This document shows positions 26,571-36,434 of a stretch of 64,000 nucleotides of DNA, piece by piece. The position numbers and the translations under genes are program-made. This DNA is from Anaerolineae bacterium. GTDB lineage: Bacteria > Chloroflexota > JAHJIN01. The notes below the pieces were generated by a model, which was not told the origin of the DNA, made no database searches, and was given only the letters and a program-made list of their open reading frames with translations. The DNA is taken from the NCBI GenBank assembly GCA_034435155.1, contig DAOTYG010000324.1, positions 13,622 to 77,621 of the forward strand, written 5' to 3'. The stretch's first letter is position 1; each line of letters opens with the position of its first letter.

Positions 26571-27197
26571 TCAGGTCATCTTGACCACGATGTCGCTGAT
26601 GATGTTGGCAGCCTCGTCGCCCCGGTCGGCGGCGTTGCTCAGGTGGCGGTAGACCTCGCGCATCTTGAGCATGTAGACAATATGATGCACATCCTCCGGT
26701 CCATGAAACAGGTCCGCAATGGCCTGGCGGTAGAGGTGTTCAGCCCGGTTCTCCAGTTCCTTAGCCCGCGTGGCATGGATCAGGGCCAGATTGGGCCGCT
26801 CCTGGAGGTGTTGTACGGCCAGATAGATCTCCTCCGCCGCCTTGTTCAGCACGCTGGTGAACTCGCGCAGGTGGTCATCCGGCGTGATCTCCAGGATGTG
26901 CATCTCATAGACCGTCGTATGGGCATAGTCAATAACGTCGTCAATGGCCCGGCTCAGGGCGAACAGGTCTTCCCGGTCAATCGGCGTGACGAAGGTGCGG
27001 TTCAGCTCGTCAATGAGGATGCGCCGTTGCTCATCGGCCTCTTTTTCCAGCCGGCTGACCCGTTTGCCGCAGGCCTCGTTGGCGGCCTGCATGTATTCTT
27101 CCAGCGCAGCCATCCCCTCGGCCGTCAGCCGGGCGTGTTCTGCCAGGATCTTGAGGAAATTGCTCTGGCGCGGTTTGAAAAAGTCTCGCACTCCCAT
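26571..27197 (-). CDS. DUF47 (PhoU-like) phosphate-transport regulator family protein
   Basis: MGVRDFFKPRQSNFLKILAEH... TIGR00153/DUF47-like; adjacent to PiT transporter. ORF-track N-terminal extension is an artefact of the octamer repeat. Confidence 0.8.
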   Translation of the reverse strand: MGVRDFFKPRQSNFLKILAEHARLTAEGMAALEEYMQAANEACGKRVSRLEKEADEQRRILIDELNRTFVTPIDREDLFALSRAIDDVIDYAHTTVYEMHILEITPDDHLREFTSVLNKAAEEIYLAVQHLQERPNLALIHATRAKELENRAEHLYRQAIADLFHGPEDVHHIVYMLKMREVYRHLSNAADRGDEAANIISDIVVKMT

Positions 27198-27210
27198 GGC
27201 TCCCCCAATC

Positions 27211-27362
27211 GAATGGACGAATGGACGAATGGATGAATAGACGAATGGACGAATAGACGAATGGACGAATAGACGAATGGACGAATGGACGAATGGATGA
27301 ATAGACGAATGGACGAATAGACGAATGGACGAATAGACGAATGGACGAATAGACGAATGGAC
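27211..27362. repeat. Octanucleotide microsatellite (GAATRGAC)x19 followed by an inverted GCATTCGTCCATTC hairpin
   Basis: Perfect 8-bp periodicity; the ORF track's DUF47 N-terminal extension (HSSIRPFVYSSIRLFV x n) is its translation. Confidence 0.95.
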
Positions 27363-27408
27363 GAGCAGCTCAACAGTCGCGCATTCGTCCATTCATAGAT
27401 TCGTAAAT

Positions 27409-28419
27409 TCACTGACCCAGGAGGTGAAAAGCCGGTCCAATGACGAGATACAAGGCCGCCGCGATCCCGGCGGCCACCGGGATGGTCACGAACCAGGAAA
27501 GCAGGATGTTGCTGGCCACCCCCCAGCGGACTTTGGACGGTCGCTCGGAAGCGCCCACGCCCATCACGGCGGAGCTGACCACGTGAGTGGTGCTCACCGG
27601 TCCGCCTATCAGGGCGGCGCCGATGATGACCGCAGCAGCCGTGGCCTGGGTGGCAAAGCCGTGGACCGGCCGGACGCGAAAGAGGCTCACTCCCAGGGTG
27701 CGGATGATCCGCTGCCCGCCGGCCGCCGTGCCCAGACCAATGGCCGCCGCACAGGCGAACACCACCCAGAACGGCACCTGGAAATCCGGCAACAGGCGTA
27801 GCGTCACCAGGCTCATGGTGATGATGCCCATCGTCTTCTGGGCGTCGTTAGCGCCGTGGCTCAGGGCCAGGGCGGTGGCGGTGACCACCTGGCCGCGTTT
27901 GAACCAGCGGTTGATGCCCGGCGAGGCCCCCCGGGCCAGGAACAGGATGGCCTTCAGCATCAGGTAGCCGCCCAGGAATCCGATGATGGGCGAGGTGAAC
28001 AGCACCAGCAGCACCTTGCCCAGCCCTTCCAGGTGAATGACCGCCGGCCCCCGGGCCACGAGCACGGCTCCCAGCAAGCCCCCGATAAGGGCATGGGAGG
28101 AACTGGTGGGAATGCCGAACCACCACGTGATCAGATTCCAGACGATGGCCCCCAGCAACGCCGCCAGGACCACGTCAATGGTCACCGTCTGCGGGCTGAC
28201 GATCTCTTTGCCGATGGCCGTCGCCACGGCCACACCCAGGAGGAACGGGCCGACAAAGTTCGCCAAGGCGGCGATGACCAGCGCACCCCGGGCGGGCATG
28301 GCCCGCGAGGCGATCATGGTCGCCACCACATTGGCGCTATCGTGGAAGCCGTTGACGAAATCGAAAAATAGAGCCACCGTGGTCACTGCGGTGGCGATCA
28401 GCAGGGAGGATAACGGCAT
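27409..28419 (-). CDS. pit: Inorganic phosphate transporter, PiT family
   Basis: Signature GFHDSANVVAT..., duplicated PiT motif (GANDAQKTMGII), ~10 TM segments. Confidence 0.9.
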   Translation of the reverse strand: MPLSSLLIATAVTTVALFFDFVNGFHDSANVVATMIASRAMPARGALVIAALANFVGPFLLGVAVATAIGKEIVSPQTVTIDVVLAALLGAIVWNLITWWFGIPTSSSHALIGGLLGAVLVARGPAVIHLEGLGKVLLVLFTSPIIGFLGGYLMLKAILFLARGASPGINRWFKRGQVVTATALALSHGANDAQKTMGIITMSLVTLRLLPDFQVPFWVVFACAAAIGLGTAAGGQRIIRTLGVSLFRVRPVHGFATQATAAAVIIGAALIGGPVSTTHVVSSAVMGVGASERPSKVRWGVASNILLSWFVTIPVAAGIAAALYLVIGPAFHLLGQ

Positions 28420-28422
28420 CTC

Positions 28423-30258
28423 TTACCCGGTGAACTTTATGCTGCGGGTCATCTCCTGGAACACGGGGTGGGCGTTTCCCCAGGCCGATTCGGGCGCCAT
28501 ATACAGGATCACATAGCTCCGGTCGCCATGCTGGATCGTCCATATCTCGCCCCGGACAACCTGCCCGGTCTGACGGCGGAGGCCGAGGAATCGGGCGCCC
28601 ATCGCCTCTTCGCCACCGATCGTGAGTTGATCTTGCTGGAACTCGTTGAGCCGGAGGCGGTCCTCTATGAACCTGGCGCGCAAGGTCGCCAGGTCCAGCA
28701 CACCTTCATGAAGGCGAACGTAGAGGGCATAGCTGAGATGTTCCACACCGCCCGGCCCGACGAACAACACCCCCTCGCTCAAGCGATCTTGCAGCGGCTC
28801 CTCTGTCCAGTCCTCTGGAACGCGCATGGTCAGGCCCCAATCTGGCTGGTTGAAGGGGCGCCAGGACGCAGGGGCCGGCGTGTGCCAGAGGGGAATGAAG
28901 GGGGTAGGGATGAACGGCGTTATGGGCGGTGTCGCCCGTCGCTCGCAGTTACTCAGGGTGCAGATGCCGCACACGCAGCAGGCGGTCACCAGGATAAACG
29001 CCAGGCAGCCGATCAGGAACCACCGCCGGCCTCCCCGCCCTGGCTCGACTTTCTCGTCCTTTTCACCTTTCTCCTGGCGAGCCTTGTGCCTGGCCGCCTT
29101 GTCCTCGATGCGCTCCGCGAACCGTTGGCCGATGGCGTCCCAGTCTTCCTCACCCTCCACGCCGGCCCACCGGGCGGCCCGGCGTTTGGCCTGCTCTTCC
29201 ATCTTTTGGCCGATGGTCTCCCAATCCGCTTCCGGCTCGGTCCCGGCGATGCGGCTCAAGGCTCGCTTGAGGCCGCGTTCAATGCGCTCACCCGGCTCGC
29301 CCGGCAGAGCCGGACTCTCGCCCGGCAGAGCCGGACTCTCGCCCGGCGGCGTTTCGTGCGCCAGGTGAGGCCGGGCGATCTGGGTCTCGGACAGCGGGGC
29401 GGGTGGTGGCGTCGGCAGGTCCTCGCCCGCCACGACCAGCGCCTGGCGCAAAGCCACGGCCAGCTCGCCGGCACTCTGATACCGGTCCGCTGGCGATTTG
29501 GCCAGGGCCTTGAGGATGACCCGCTCCAGTTTCTCGTCCAGGGCCGGGTTGATGGTGCGCGGCAACGGCAGGGGGTCTTTGATGTGCTTGAAGATGACGG
29601 CCACGGGCGTATCGGCGGTATAGGGGAGTTGGCCGGTGAGTAGCTCGTAGAGCACCACGCCCAGGCTATACACGTCGGCCCGGTGGTCCACCGGCAAGCC
29701 CTGGCCCTGTTCCGGGGCCATGTACTCCGGCGTCCCCACGCTCAGCCCGGACCGGGTATACTGGGAGCCTTCCGCCATCTTGGCCAGGCCAAAGTCCGTG
29801 AGGATAACCTGGTTATCGTCCGTGAGCATGATGTTGGCGGGCTTGACATCGCGGTGATAGATGCCCCGGGCATGAGCATAATCCAGGGCCGCGGCCACCC
29901 GTTCCACGATGCGCAAGACCTCCTGATGGGGCAGGAGGGCCTCGGTCTGGCGCAGGCGTTGCTTGAGCGTACCGCCGGCCAGGAACTCCATGGCCATGTA
30001 ATAGATGTCGCCCTCAACGCCAAAGTCGTAGATCTGGACGATGTTGGGATGGCGCAGCCGGGCTACGGCCCGGGCCTCGCGCTGGAATCGGTTGCGGAAA
30101 TCCTCCTCTTCGGCAAAATATGCATGTAGGACCTTGATGGCGACGTAGCGGTCCAGGCTGGGTTGATAAGCCTTATAGACCTCGGCCATGCCCCCCTTGC
30201 CCAGGCGTTCCACCAGGCGATATTGTCCCAGGTTGATCCCTTCCAATGCGCTGCTCAT
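28423..30258 (-). CDS. Serine/threonine protein kinase with C-terminal TM segment and extracytoplasmic domain
   Basis: Hanks kinase motifs GKGGMAEVY, AIK, HRDVKPANIML, DFG, GTPEYMAPE; TM helix WFLIGCLAFILVTACCV; in-frame 21-bp tandem duplication. Confidence 0.9.
   Translation of the reverse strand: MSSALEGINLGQYRLVERLGKGGMAEVYKAYQPSLDRYVAIKVLHAYFAEEEDFRNRFQREARAVARLRHPNIVQIYDFGVEGDIYYMAMEFLAGGTLKQRLRQTEALLPHQEVLRIVERVAAALDYAHARGIYHRDVKPANIMLTDDNQVILTDFGLAKMAEGSQYTRSGLSVGTPEYMAPEQGQGLPVDHRADVYSLGVVLYELLTGQLPYTADTPVAVIFKHIKDPLPLPRTINPALDEKLERVILKALAKSPADRYQSAGELAVALRQALVVAGEDLPTPPPAPLSETQIARPHLAHETPPGESPALPGESPALPGEPGERIERGLKRALSRIAGTEPEADWETIGQKMEEQAKRRAARWAGVEGEEDWDAIGQRFAERIEDKAARHKARQEKGEKDEKVEPGRGGRRWFLIGCLAFILVTACCVCGICTLSNCERRATPPITPFIPTPFIPLWHTPAPASWRPFNQPDWGLTMRVPEDWTEEPLQDRLSEGVLFVGPGGVEHLSYALYVRLHEGVLDLATLRARFIEDRLRLNEFQQDQLTIGGEEAMGARFLGLRRQTGQVVRGEIWTIQHGDRSYVILYMAPESAWGNAHPVFQEMTRSIKFTG
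29295..29340. repeat. In-frame 21-bp tandem duplication (CTCGCCCGGCAGAGCCGGACT x2) in kinase gene
   Basis: Encodes ESPALPG ESPALPG in the linker between kinase and TM segment. Confidence 0.9.
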
Positions 30259-30350
30259 CAGGGTTGCTCCAGGCGGGAGATGTGGGCAGCCGGGCTTGCC
30301 CAGCCGGGGTCATTATACGCCGCCGGGGTGGGAAAATCAAGCGGGGTACT

Positions 30351-30585
30351 TGACATCCGTGCGTAACTCTTGTTAGGGAGGGAACAAGCATCTTCCAGCG
30401 TTGTCAAGGGGGTGACGGCTGGGGCACGCCGAGCGCAAGAGGTGAGAAAGCCTTTCTGGGGGTTTTTGCGGCGGCGAAGCCGCCGCAAAAACCCCTATGA
30501 GGCAGTCTTTCCCCTCCCCGAAGGGACGCGAAGTGGGGCGGAGGGGCGGTGCCCTCGTGCGTCTAATTTACGCACGAATCTCAGG
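30351..30585. repeat. MITE-like element with TIR TGACATCCGTGCG (longer variant with internal insertion), contains a conserved CCCTCCCCGAAGGG...GGGGAGGGG hairpin core
   Basis: Shares the core AAAACCCCTAYGRGGCAKTCTTTCCCTCCCCGAAGGG(M)CGCGAA(R)TGGGG with 51218-51310; right end degenerate. Confidence 0.75.
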
Positions 30586-30589
30586 GGTA

Positions 30590-30910
30590 CTACCGATAGT
30601 CCTCCCTCGGCGGGCTGAAGGCGTCCACCACCACCGTCGGCTCCAGGGTGAACGCGCCGTGGGGTACGTTGGGGGGTGCGTGGTAGCTGTCGCCCGGTCC
30701 CAGCTCGTGGCTCTCCCCGTCAATGGTCAATCGGATCCGCCCGGCGACCACGTACCCCGCCTGCTCGTGAGGATGGGTGTGGCGGGGCACCTCCACGCCG
30801 GCAGCAAAGGTGAACTCGCAGATCATGACGGATGCGCCATCGGCCAGCGTGCGTCGGATCAGGCCCGGCAGCACCTCCACGGGCGTGGCTTCTGCGTGTC
30901 GGTAGATCAT
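30590..30910 (-). CDS. Cupin-domain protein
   Basis: Two-His cupin motifs (PRHTHPHEQAGYV ... GDSYHAPPNVPHG); start at internal ATG 30908-30910. Confidence 0.7.
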   Translation of the reverse strand: MIYRHAEATPVEVLPGLIRRTLADGASVMICEFTFAAGVEVPRHTHPHEQAGYVVAGRIRLTIDGESHELGPGDSYHAPPNVPHGAFTLEPTVVVDAFSPPREDYR

Positions 30911-30996
30911 GGCTTGTGTTCCTCCGATGATTCCTCGGTGGTCACTCCGTTCGGTGGGGATAAACCTGCTGCTTCTACAGCAGGGGAGAAGGGTTT

Positions 30997-31815
30997 TTAG
31001 GGGTCTGGCGACGACTCCGCCGTCGCCAAACCCCGCACCCCCTGGGCAGGGAGCAATTGGCCATAATACACCTGGCAATCGTAGTCAAAGGTCACCCGGC
31101 CGTCCTCTTGATACTCCTCAAAGATGGCTCGCAGCGCCTCCAACATGGGCACATAGTTGGGATGACCCTCCTCTGGCGTGTAGGACGAAGACAGGAGCCG
31201 GCCTTTCACCCCTTCCAGGTCAAAGACCTGGTGGTTGTCAAATGTCGCCTGCCGGTAGCCGGCCGGTGCGAAAAAGGCAGCCAGGCCGGCCTGGTCAACG
31301 TGTTTCTGTTTAACCATCTCATAGTCCACGGCATATTTCCGCACCAACTGCTCGTAGGCGGTCATGAACGGCGTGGCAGCCCGGCGTCGCACGTTCCAGA
31401 TCAATACCACCCAACCGCCGGGCCGGAGGAGGCGGGCGAACTCCCGGCGCGCCGATTCCCGCTCGAACCAGTGGAAGGATTGACCGGCGGTGACGAAATC
31501 CACGCTGGCGTCATCCAGGGGGATGGATTCGGCCCGGGCGGCCAGGCTCACGAACTGAGGATAACCGGCAAGCAATCGCTCGGCGGCCTGACGCATCTCC
31601 TGGTTAGGCTCTACTCCATACACCCGGTTGCCATTTTTCAGGAACAATTCGGTCAACATGCCGGTGCCGGAGCCGACGTCGGCGATGGTCGAGTCGGGCG
31701 TGAGCTGGCACTCTGCCCGGAGCAGGTCAATGATGGCCGGGGGATAGCCGGGCCGATACCGGATATAGTTCTCCACCCGGCTGGAGAAACGCAAGGTGGG
31801 GTCCGATTCTGGCAT
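30997..31815 (-). CDS. Class I SAM-dependent methyltransferase
   Basis: Motif I VADVGSGTGMLT, motif post-I VYGVEPN, motif II FVTAGQSFHW. Confidence 0.8.
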   Translation of the reverse strand: MPESDPTLRFSSRVENYIRYRPGYPPAIIDLLRAECQLTPDSTIADVGSGTGMLTELFLKNGNRVYGVEPNQEMRQAAERLLAGYPQFVSLAARAESIPLDDASVDFVTAGQSFHWFERESARREFARLLRPGGWVVLIWNVRRRAATPFMTAYEQLVRKYAVDYEMVKQKHVDQAGLAAFFAPAGYRQATFDNHQVFDLEGVKGRLLSSSYTPEEGHPNYVPMLEALRAIFEEYQEDGRVTFDYDCQVYYGQLLPAQGVRGLATAESSPDP

Positions 31816-31832
31816 TGCGCATCACTCCATCA

Positions 31833-33818
31833 CTAAAGCAGGGCCTGCAGTGCAGAGGGCCGGGTGACCGGGGGCAGGCAGGTGGCGTCCAGGCAGACAT
31901 AGGCTGTGGTGGCGCCGTTCAAGGGGGCGCGGTCAGCTAACAAGGGCACTGCGGCCGTGGCCCCTACGGCCACTACCCGGTGCGGCTGATAGCCGGCCAG
32001 CGCCACCGCCAGCAGGTCCCGGGTGTCATTCGCCGCCGGGTCACCCACGATGGCGATCTCACGGGGGCGGCTCAGGGCATAATCCAGGGCCAGGAGCCAC
32101 TGCCCCACGCCCAGGGGGGCCTGGGCCAACAGTGGTTCCACCCGGCGCAGGCTCTCACGGGCCAGCCCGGCATAGCGCGGCTCAACGGCCAGCCCGGCCA
32201 GGCGAAGCAGCACGGTGGCGGCCATGGCGTTGCCGGAGGGGACAGCCCCGTCTTGCAGGTTACGAGGCCGGGTGATCAGCGGCTCGTGGTCGTCGCTGGT
32301 GTCAAAAAAGCCGCCCCCCGGGTCACTGAAATGGGCGATCATGGTTGCAGCCAGTTCGGCGGCAGCAGCATACCAGCATGGCTCGAAGGTGGCCTGGTAA
32401 AGTTCCAATAACCCGTAGATGAGGTGGGCGTAATCTTCCAGGAAACCATTTTGCTTTGCCCTCCCGTCCTGCCACGTATGCCACAATCGTCCGTTTTCCT
32501 GGCGCAATTCGCGCCAGAGGAAATCAGCGTTGCTCCGGGCGACCTGGAGGTAATCGTGGCGGTCCAGCACCCGGGCCGCCTCGGCCAGGGCGGCCAGCAT
32601 CAGGCCGTTCCACGAGGTGAGGACCTTGGCATCGCGGCCGGGATGGACCCGTTTCTGGCGGGCTGCGAACAGCTTGTGCCGGGCCTCGGCCAGAACTGCG
32701 CGCTGCTCCATCTCACCGCTGAAGGTCAAGATATTCTGTCCCTCAAAATTGCCCCTCGCGGTGACTCCATAGGCAGCCATGAACGCTGAAGCCTCTGGTC
32801 CCACCACCTGAAGGATCTCGGCCGGGGTCCAGACATAGAACCGCCCCTCCTGACCCTCGCTGTCAGCGTCCTGGGAGGAGTAGAACCCGCCGGCCGGGTT
32901 GGTCATCTCGCGCACGACGTAATCCAGGGTCTCCTCGGCGATGGTGCGGAACAGCTCCCCGCCGGTCACCTGCCAGGCGTGGAGGTATACCGGGGCCAGC
33001 AGGGCCTGATCATACAACATCTTTTCAAAATGGGGCACAGTCCAGTGAGCGTCCACGGCATAGCGATGGAACCCACCGCCCAGTTGGTCGTATATGCCGC
33101 CTCGTGCCATAGCCGTCAGGGTGTGCGTCACCATCTGCAAGGCCCGCTGATCGCCACGGGTGTGATGGTAGCGCAGCAAAAACTCCAGGGTCAGCGGTTG
33201 GGGAAACTTGGGGGCGCCACCCCAACCACCATGTTGAGGGTCAAACTGTTGCCACAGGTGCTGGAAGGCCGCGTCCAACGTCTCGACCCCCTCATGCTCC
33301 TGGCCCGACCCGGCCGTGTCCTGGTGTTGGATGATCTGCGCCAGCCGCATCCCGCTCTCCACCAGCTCTGGTCGCCGGTCGCGCCAGCCCCGGGCTATGG
33401 CTTCCAGCACCTCGGTGAACGACGGCCGGCCATAGCGACGCACGGGAGGAAAATAGGTGCCGCCATAAAAGGGCTGCCCCGTCGGCGTGAGAAACACGGA
33501 CAGGGGCCAGCCGCCGGCGCCAGTGAGGACCTGCACAGCGGTCATGTAGATGTGATCCAGGTCCGGCCGTTCCTCCCGGTCCACCTTGATGCTGACAAAG
33601 TGCTGGTTGAGGATCGCTGCCACACGCTCGTCCTCAAAGGACTCGTGGGCCATGACGTGACACCAGTGACAGGCCGAGTAGCCGATGGAAAGAAAGATGG
33701 GCCTGTCCTCGGTACGCGCCCTGGCCAGGGCCTCCTCACCCCAGGGATACCAGTCCACAGGTTGGTAGGCGTGCTGAAGCAAGTAAGGGCTGGTCTCCTT
33801 GATCAAACGGTTGGGCAT
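31833..33818 (-). CDS. Thioredoxin-domain protein, DUF255/YyaL family
   Basis: N-terminal DUF255 with CxxC-like SACHWCHVM motif, C-terminal alpha/alpha-toroid-like region as in YyaL. Confidence 0.85.
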   Translation of the reverse strand: MPNRLIKETSPYLLQHAYQPVDWYPWGEEALARARTEDRPIFLSIGYSACHWCHVMAHESFEDERVAAILNQHFVSIKVDREERPDLDHIYMTAVQVLTGAGGWPLSVFLTPTGQPFYGGTYFPPVRRYGRPSFTEVLEAIARGWRDRRPELVESGMRLAQIIQHQDTAGSGQEHEGVETLDAAFQHLWQQFDPQHGGWGGAPKFPQPLTLEFLLRYHHTRGDQRALQMVTHTLTAMARGGIYDQLGGGFHRYAVDAHWTVPHFEKMLYDQALLAPVYLHAWQVTGGELFRTIAEETLDYVVREMTNPAGGFYSSQDADSEGQEGRFYVWTPAEILQVVGPEASAFMAAYGVTARGNFEGQNILTFSGEMEQRAVLAEARHKLFAARQKRVHPGRDAKVLTSWNGLMLAALAEAARVLDRHDYLQVARSNADFLWRELRQENGRLWHTWQDGRAKQNGFLEDYAHLIYGLLELYQATFEPCWYAAAAELAATMIAHFSDPGGGFFDTSDDHEPLITRPRNLQDGAVPSGNAMAATVLLRLAGLAVEPRYAGLARESLRRVEPLLAQAPLGVGQWLLALDYALSRPREIAIVGDPAANDTRDLLAVALAGYQPHRVVAVGATAAVPLLADRAPLNGATTAYVCLDATCLPPVTRPSALQALL

Positions 33819-33944
33819 AGGCTTATCCCTTAAGAGATCAGGTATCGTAACTGCCTGTTCTTCCCCAGGTTGGGGGGGGCGAACAGGGTAGATTTGTGAA
33901 GTTAATATACACTATGCTGTACCTACCGTCAACCGGTGATTATC

Positions 33945-33975
33945 TGACATCCGTGCATAACTTCTGTCAGGGGGT
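33945..33975. repeat. Solo left-end copy of the TGACATCCGTGCATAACTTCTGTCAGGG motif
   Basis: Identical 29-mer to the left ends of the 30351 and 51175 elements; ~125 nt upstream of a minus-strand gene start. Confidence 0.75.
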
Positions 33976-34472
33976 GGAAGCCTCACAAGAAGAAATGGGG
34001 CCGAGCCACCGCCATCTATGAGGCCGTGCTCGGCACGCTCAAAGGGTACAAGGTGGCTGGTGGGGGGTATACGCCGCGCGGCGGCGGGGCCGGCTGGACG
34101 CCGGTGTCGCCCCCGGCATGGTTGCCCCCTCAGTCAAGCCCGCCATGCTGCGCTTTTGTCCCTGCTGCTGCGATTCCGTATTCGTCTCATCAGATTGGCT
34201 GCCGTTTTCGGCCTGCTGGCCGCCCACCCGGCCGCGGCCCAGCAGGTAAACGTTGATGTGCGTACCGTCAATATCAGCAATGAGCTGCCCGGCTATCTCA
34301 TTGACCACCTTTACGCCCGACTCGGAGACGTAAGCTTCTTCATCCTACATCTACACCGGGACCGACTCGTTTGCCGGCATTAACTATCACTACAAATGCT
34401 TTGCCATCGCCTGGCGGGGGGAGCGCTTCTTTCTCTTTCTGACCGTGGTGGTGCGCAATCGGTAAACGCCAG

Positions 34473-34502
34473 CCCTCCCGCAGGCCACACCCTGCGGGAG
34501 GG
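34473..34502. repeat. Perfect hairpin CCCTCCCGCAGG-ccacac-CCTGCGGGAGGG (REP family)
   Basis: 12-bp perfect stem, 6-nt loop. Confidence 0.9.
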
Positions 34503-34814
34503 ACGCCATCACAAGGAAAGGAGACGGCAAGACCAGGAGCATCGAGCGGACGAGCTGTAAGGTGACCAGGTTATCGTGAGCCGGTTCCGCTAAACGCGGA
34601 TTCGTAGGGTGTACCCCCCAATCCATGCCAGCGCGCCGGTCACAGTAAGCCCCTCTCGCAGGTCAATCCCCTGCGGAGGGGCTTGGTGGTTCTGGCGAGC
34701 CGAGATCACGCCCGGCATGAGCCTTTATGTACTCCCCGGCGGTCTGCCAGGCCCCCACGCCCAACGGCGGGGGCACTCCCGGTGGTCGCCGCCGCGAGCA
34801 TGGCCCGTGCAGGC

Positions 34815-35306
34815 TCATCTCTGCCGGTAGACCGTCCACCGGGTACCAAGTACCCGATCCTCCCAGATCATCGTGTTCTCATCCAGCACGGTGTAAAAGA
34901 CGGTCCAGCTCGTCGGTCGTGACAACCGCTGCCCTTTGTATTCTTTCGGCTCATAGTCCTGCACTGCAAAGTGGATGAACCCCTCGCCCACCTCATAGAG
35001 ACCGACTTCCCAGGTCATCAGGTCGCCCCAGACGACCTGGTAGGAATAGCCGCCATTGGGCTGCAAGATCATCTGGGTGTACATCGGCCCATAGTCGGTT
35101 GCGATCCGGCTCTCCCAAATACCCACCACATTTATCGCGGTTGGCGGTTGTGGCTGAGGCGGTTGTGGCTGAGGCGGTTGTGGCTGAGCAGTCGGCGTTG
35201 GGGAAGGCTTAGAGAACCACCCGGTGGGCAGACAACCGAGGATAGACAGGCTCGCCAAAAGGCAAACCACAAGCATCCATTTCTCGCGCTGTACGTGAGC
35301 AAACAT
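34815..35306 (-). CDS. Hypothetical lipoprotein with PQ-repeat linker
   Basis: Signal peptide with lipobox SILGC, (PQ)n linker, GGAGG RBS. Confidence 0.6.
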   Translation of the reverse strand: MFAHVQREKWMLVVCLLASLSILGCLPTGWFSKPSPTPTAQPQPPQPQPPQPQPPTAINVVGIWESRIATDYGPMYTQMILQPNGGYSYQVVWGDLMTWEVGLYEVGEGFIHFAVQDYEPKEYKGQRLSRPTSWTVFYTVLDENTMIWEDRVLGTRWTVYRQR

Positions 35307-35310
35307 CTCT

Positions 35311-35450
35311 GGTCCTCCTGAGGTGAGGTGACGGTCACCTCCCAGGTGACCTCAATAGTTTACCACAAAACGACGATTCATGCAAAAGGAGGCCGATTTC
35401 AGCGGCGTACGCTCTGACGGTGAGGTGACGGTCACCTCCCAGGTGACCGT
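35311..35450. promoter_or_regulatory. Two copies of a palindromic site GAGGTGACGGTCACCTC(CCAGGTGACC) spaced ~107 bp in a divergent intergenic region
   Basis: Near-perfect 17-bp palindromes at 35317-35333 and 35424-35440. Confidence 0.6.
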
Positions 35451-35493
35451 CACCTGACCTGACCGACCGAAGTCGAACCGCAGAGCCGCCGAA

Positions 35494-35522
35494 TTGTCAC
35501 CGAAGAGGATGTGTAGTATAAT
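35494..35522 (+). promoter_or_regulatory. Consensus sigma-70 promoter TTGTCA-17-TATAAT for gene 35553..36389
   Basis: -35 at 35494-35499, -10 at 35517-35522, 17-nt spacer, ~30 nt upstream of the RBS. Confidence 0.65.
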
Positions 35523-35552
35523 TGCCGTGGTTTCTGTAGCCGGAGGAAATCT

Positions 35553-36389
35553 ATGATCGGGCACGAGACGGATGACCTGACCCAACGCGGCGTGGCCGCC
35601 GCCCAGGATGGCGAGCGAGCCGAGGCGTATCAGCTTCTCTCCCAGGCCGTCCAGGCCAACCCCGGCGATGCCCGGGCCTGGCTGTGGCTGTTCGCGGTGG
35701 CGGACACGGACGAGGAGCGGCGCGCGTGTCTGGAGCGGGTGCTGGAGATCGAGCCGGAGAACGCCGGCGCCCGGCGCGAGCTGGAGCGGCTCCAGACGGC
35801 CGGGCCGTCACCACTTGCCGTAGCCCCGTCCCTCCCCACCGGCCACGCCGACAGGCGGAAGATCGTCGGCCCCCTGGTGATCGGGGCCGGGTTGGTCGTG
35901 GCAGTCGTGGCCGTGTTGGGGGTGGCCGGGGCCTGCATGGTATATGTGCTTGGTAGAACTGGGGTCAGACCGCCCGGCATCGTGTCCCGGCCTGTGGCTT
36001 CCCGGCCCTATCCCACGCCGACGCCCGTCGTGCCCTACGTGGCGTTGCTGTCGGCGCGAGGCCACAGCTCAGCGTCCGATGGTTGCGTCGTGGAGGGGGA
36101 GGTTAGTAACCTCACCGGGTCGCCCCTGGAGCTAGACGTTGTCGCCTGCTTCTGTGCGGCCAAAGAGGATACCCGCACCTTTGATGGCGAATCCCGGCTT
36201 GACCGCGTTCCCTTGCCGCCGGGGCAGGTCTCCCGGTTCCGGGTGGTGATACCCTACAACCCGCAGTTGAGGTACGCCCAGGTGCGCTTCAAGTTGACGA
36301 GTGGACAGGGCCTTTATGCCCGGGATGATACCCAGCAAGGCGGCCCGGTGGATTGGTGGGTGCCCCAGGCGTTCATCAAGCTGGAATGA
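35553..36389 (+). CDS. Hypothetical single-pass membrane protein with N-terminal TPR-like helical region
   Basis: ATG with GGAGGAAA RBS and a perfect upstream sigma-70 promoter; TM helix IVGPLVIGAGLVVAVVAVLGVAGA. Confidence 0.6.
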   Translation: MIGHETDDLTQRGVAAAQDGERAEAYQLLSQAVQANPGDARAWLWLFAVADTDEERRACLERVLEIEPENAGARRELERLQTAGPSPLAVAPSLPTGHADRRKIVGPLVIGAGLVVAVVAVLGVAGACMVYVLGRTGVRPPGIVSRPVASRPYPTPTPVVPYVALLSARGHSSASDGCVVEGEVSNLTGSPLELDVVACFCAAKEDTRTFDGESRLDRVPLPPGQVSRFRVVIPYNPQLRYAQVRFKLTSGQGLYARDDTQQGGPVDWWVPQAFIKLE

Positions 36390-36434
36390 TACGCTGCGCC
36401 GGGTCAAGCACCTGAACGCTTGGTGTGAATTATT

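Noticed and set aside
26571-27392. 273-aa form of the DUF47 ORF with repetitive N-terminus
   Set aside because: The first 65 codons are the translated (GAATRGAC)19 microsatellite. The real start is the internal ATG at 27197.
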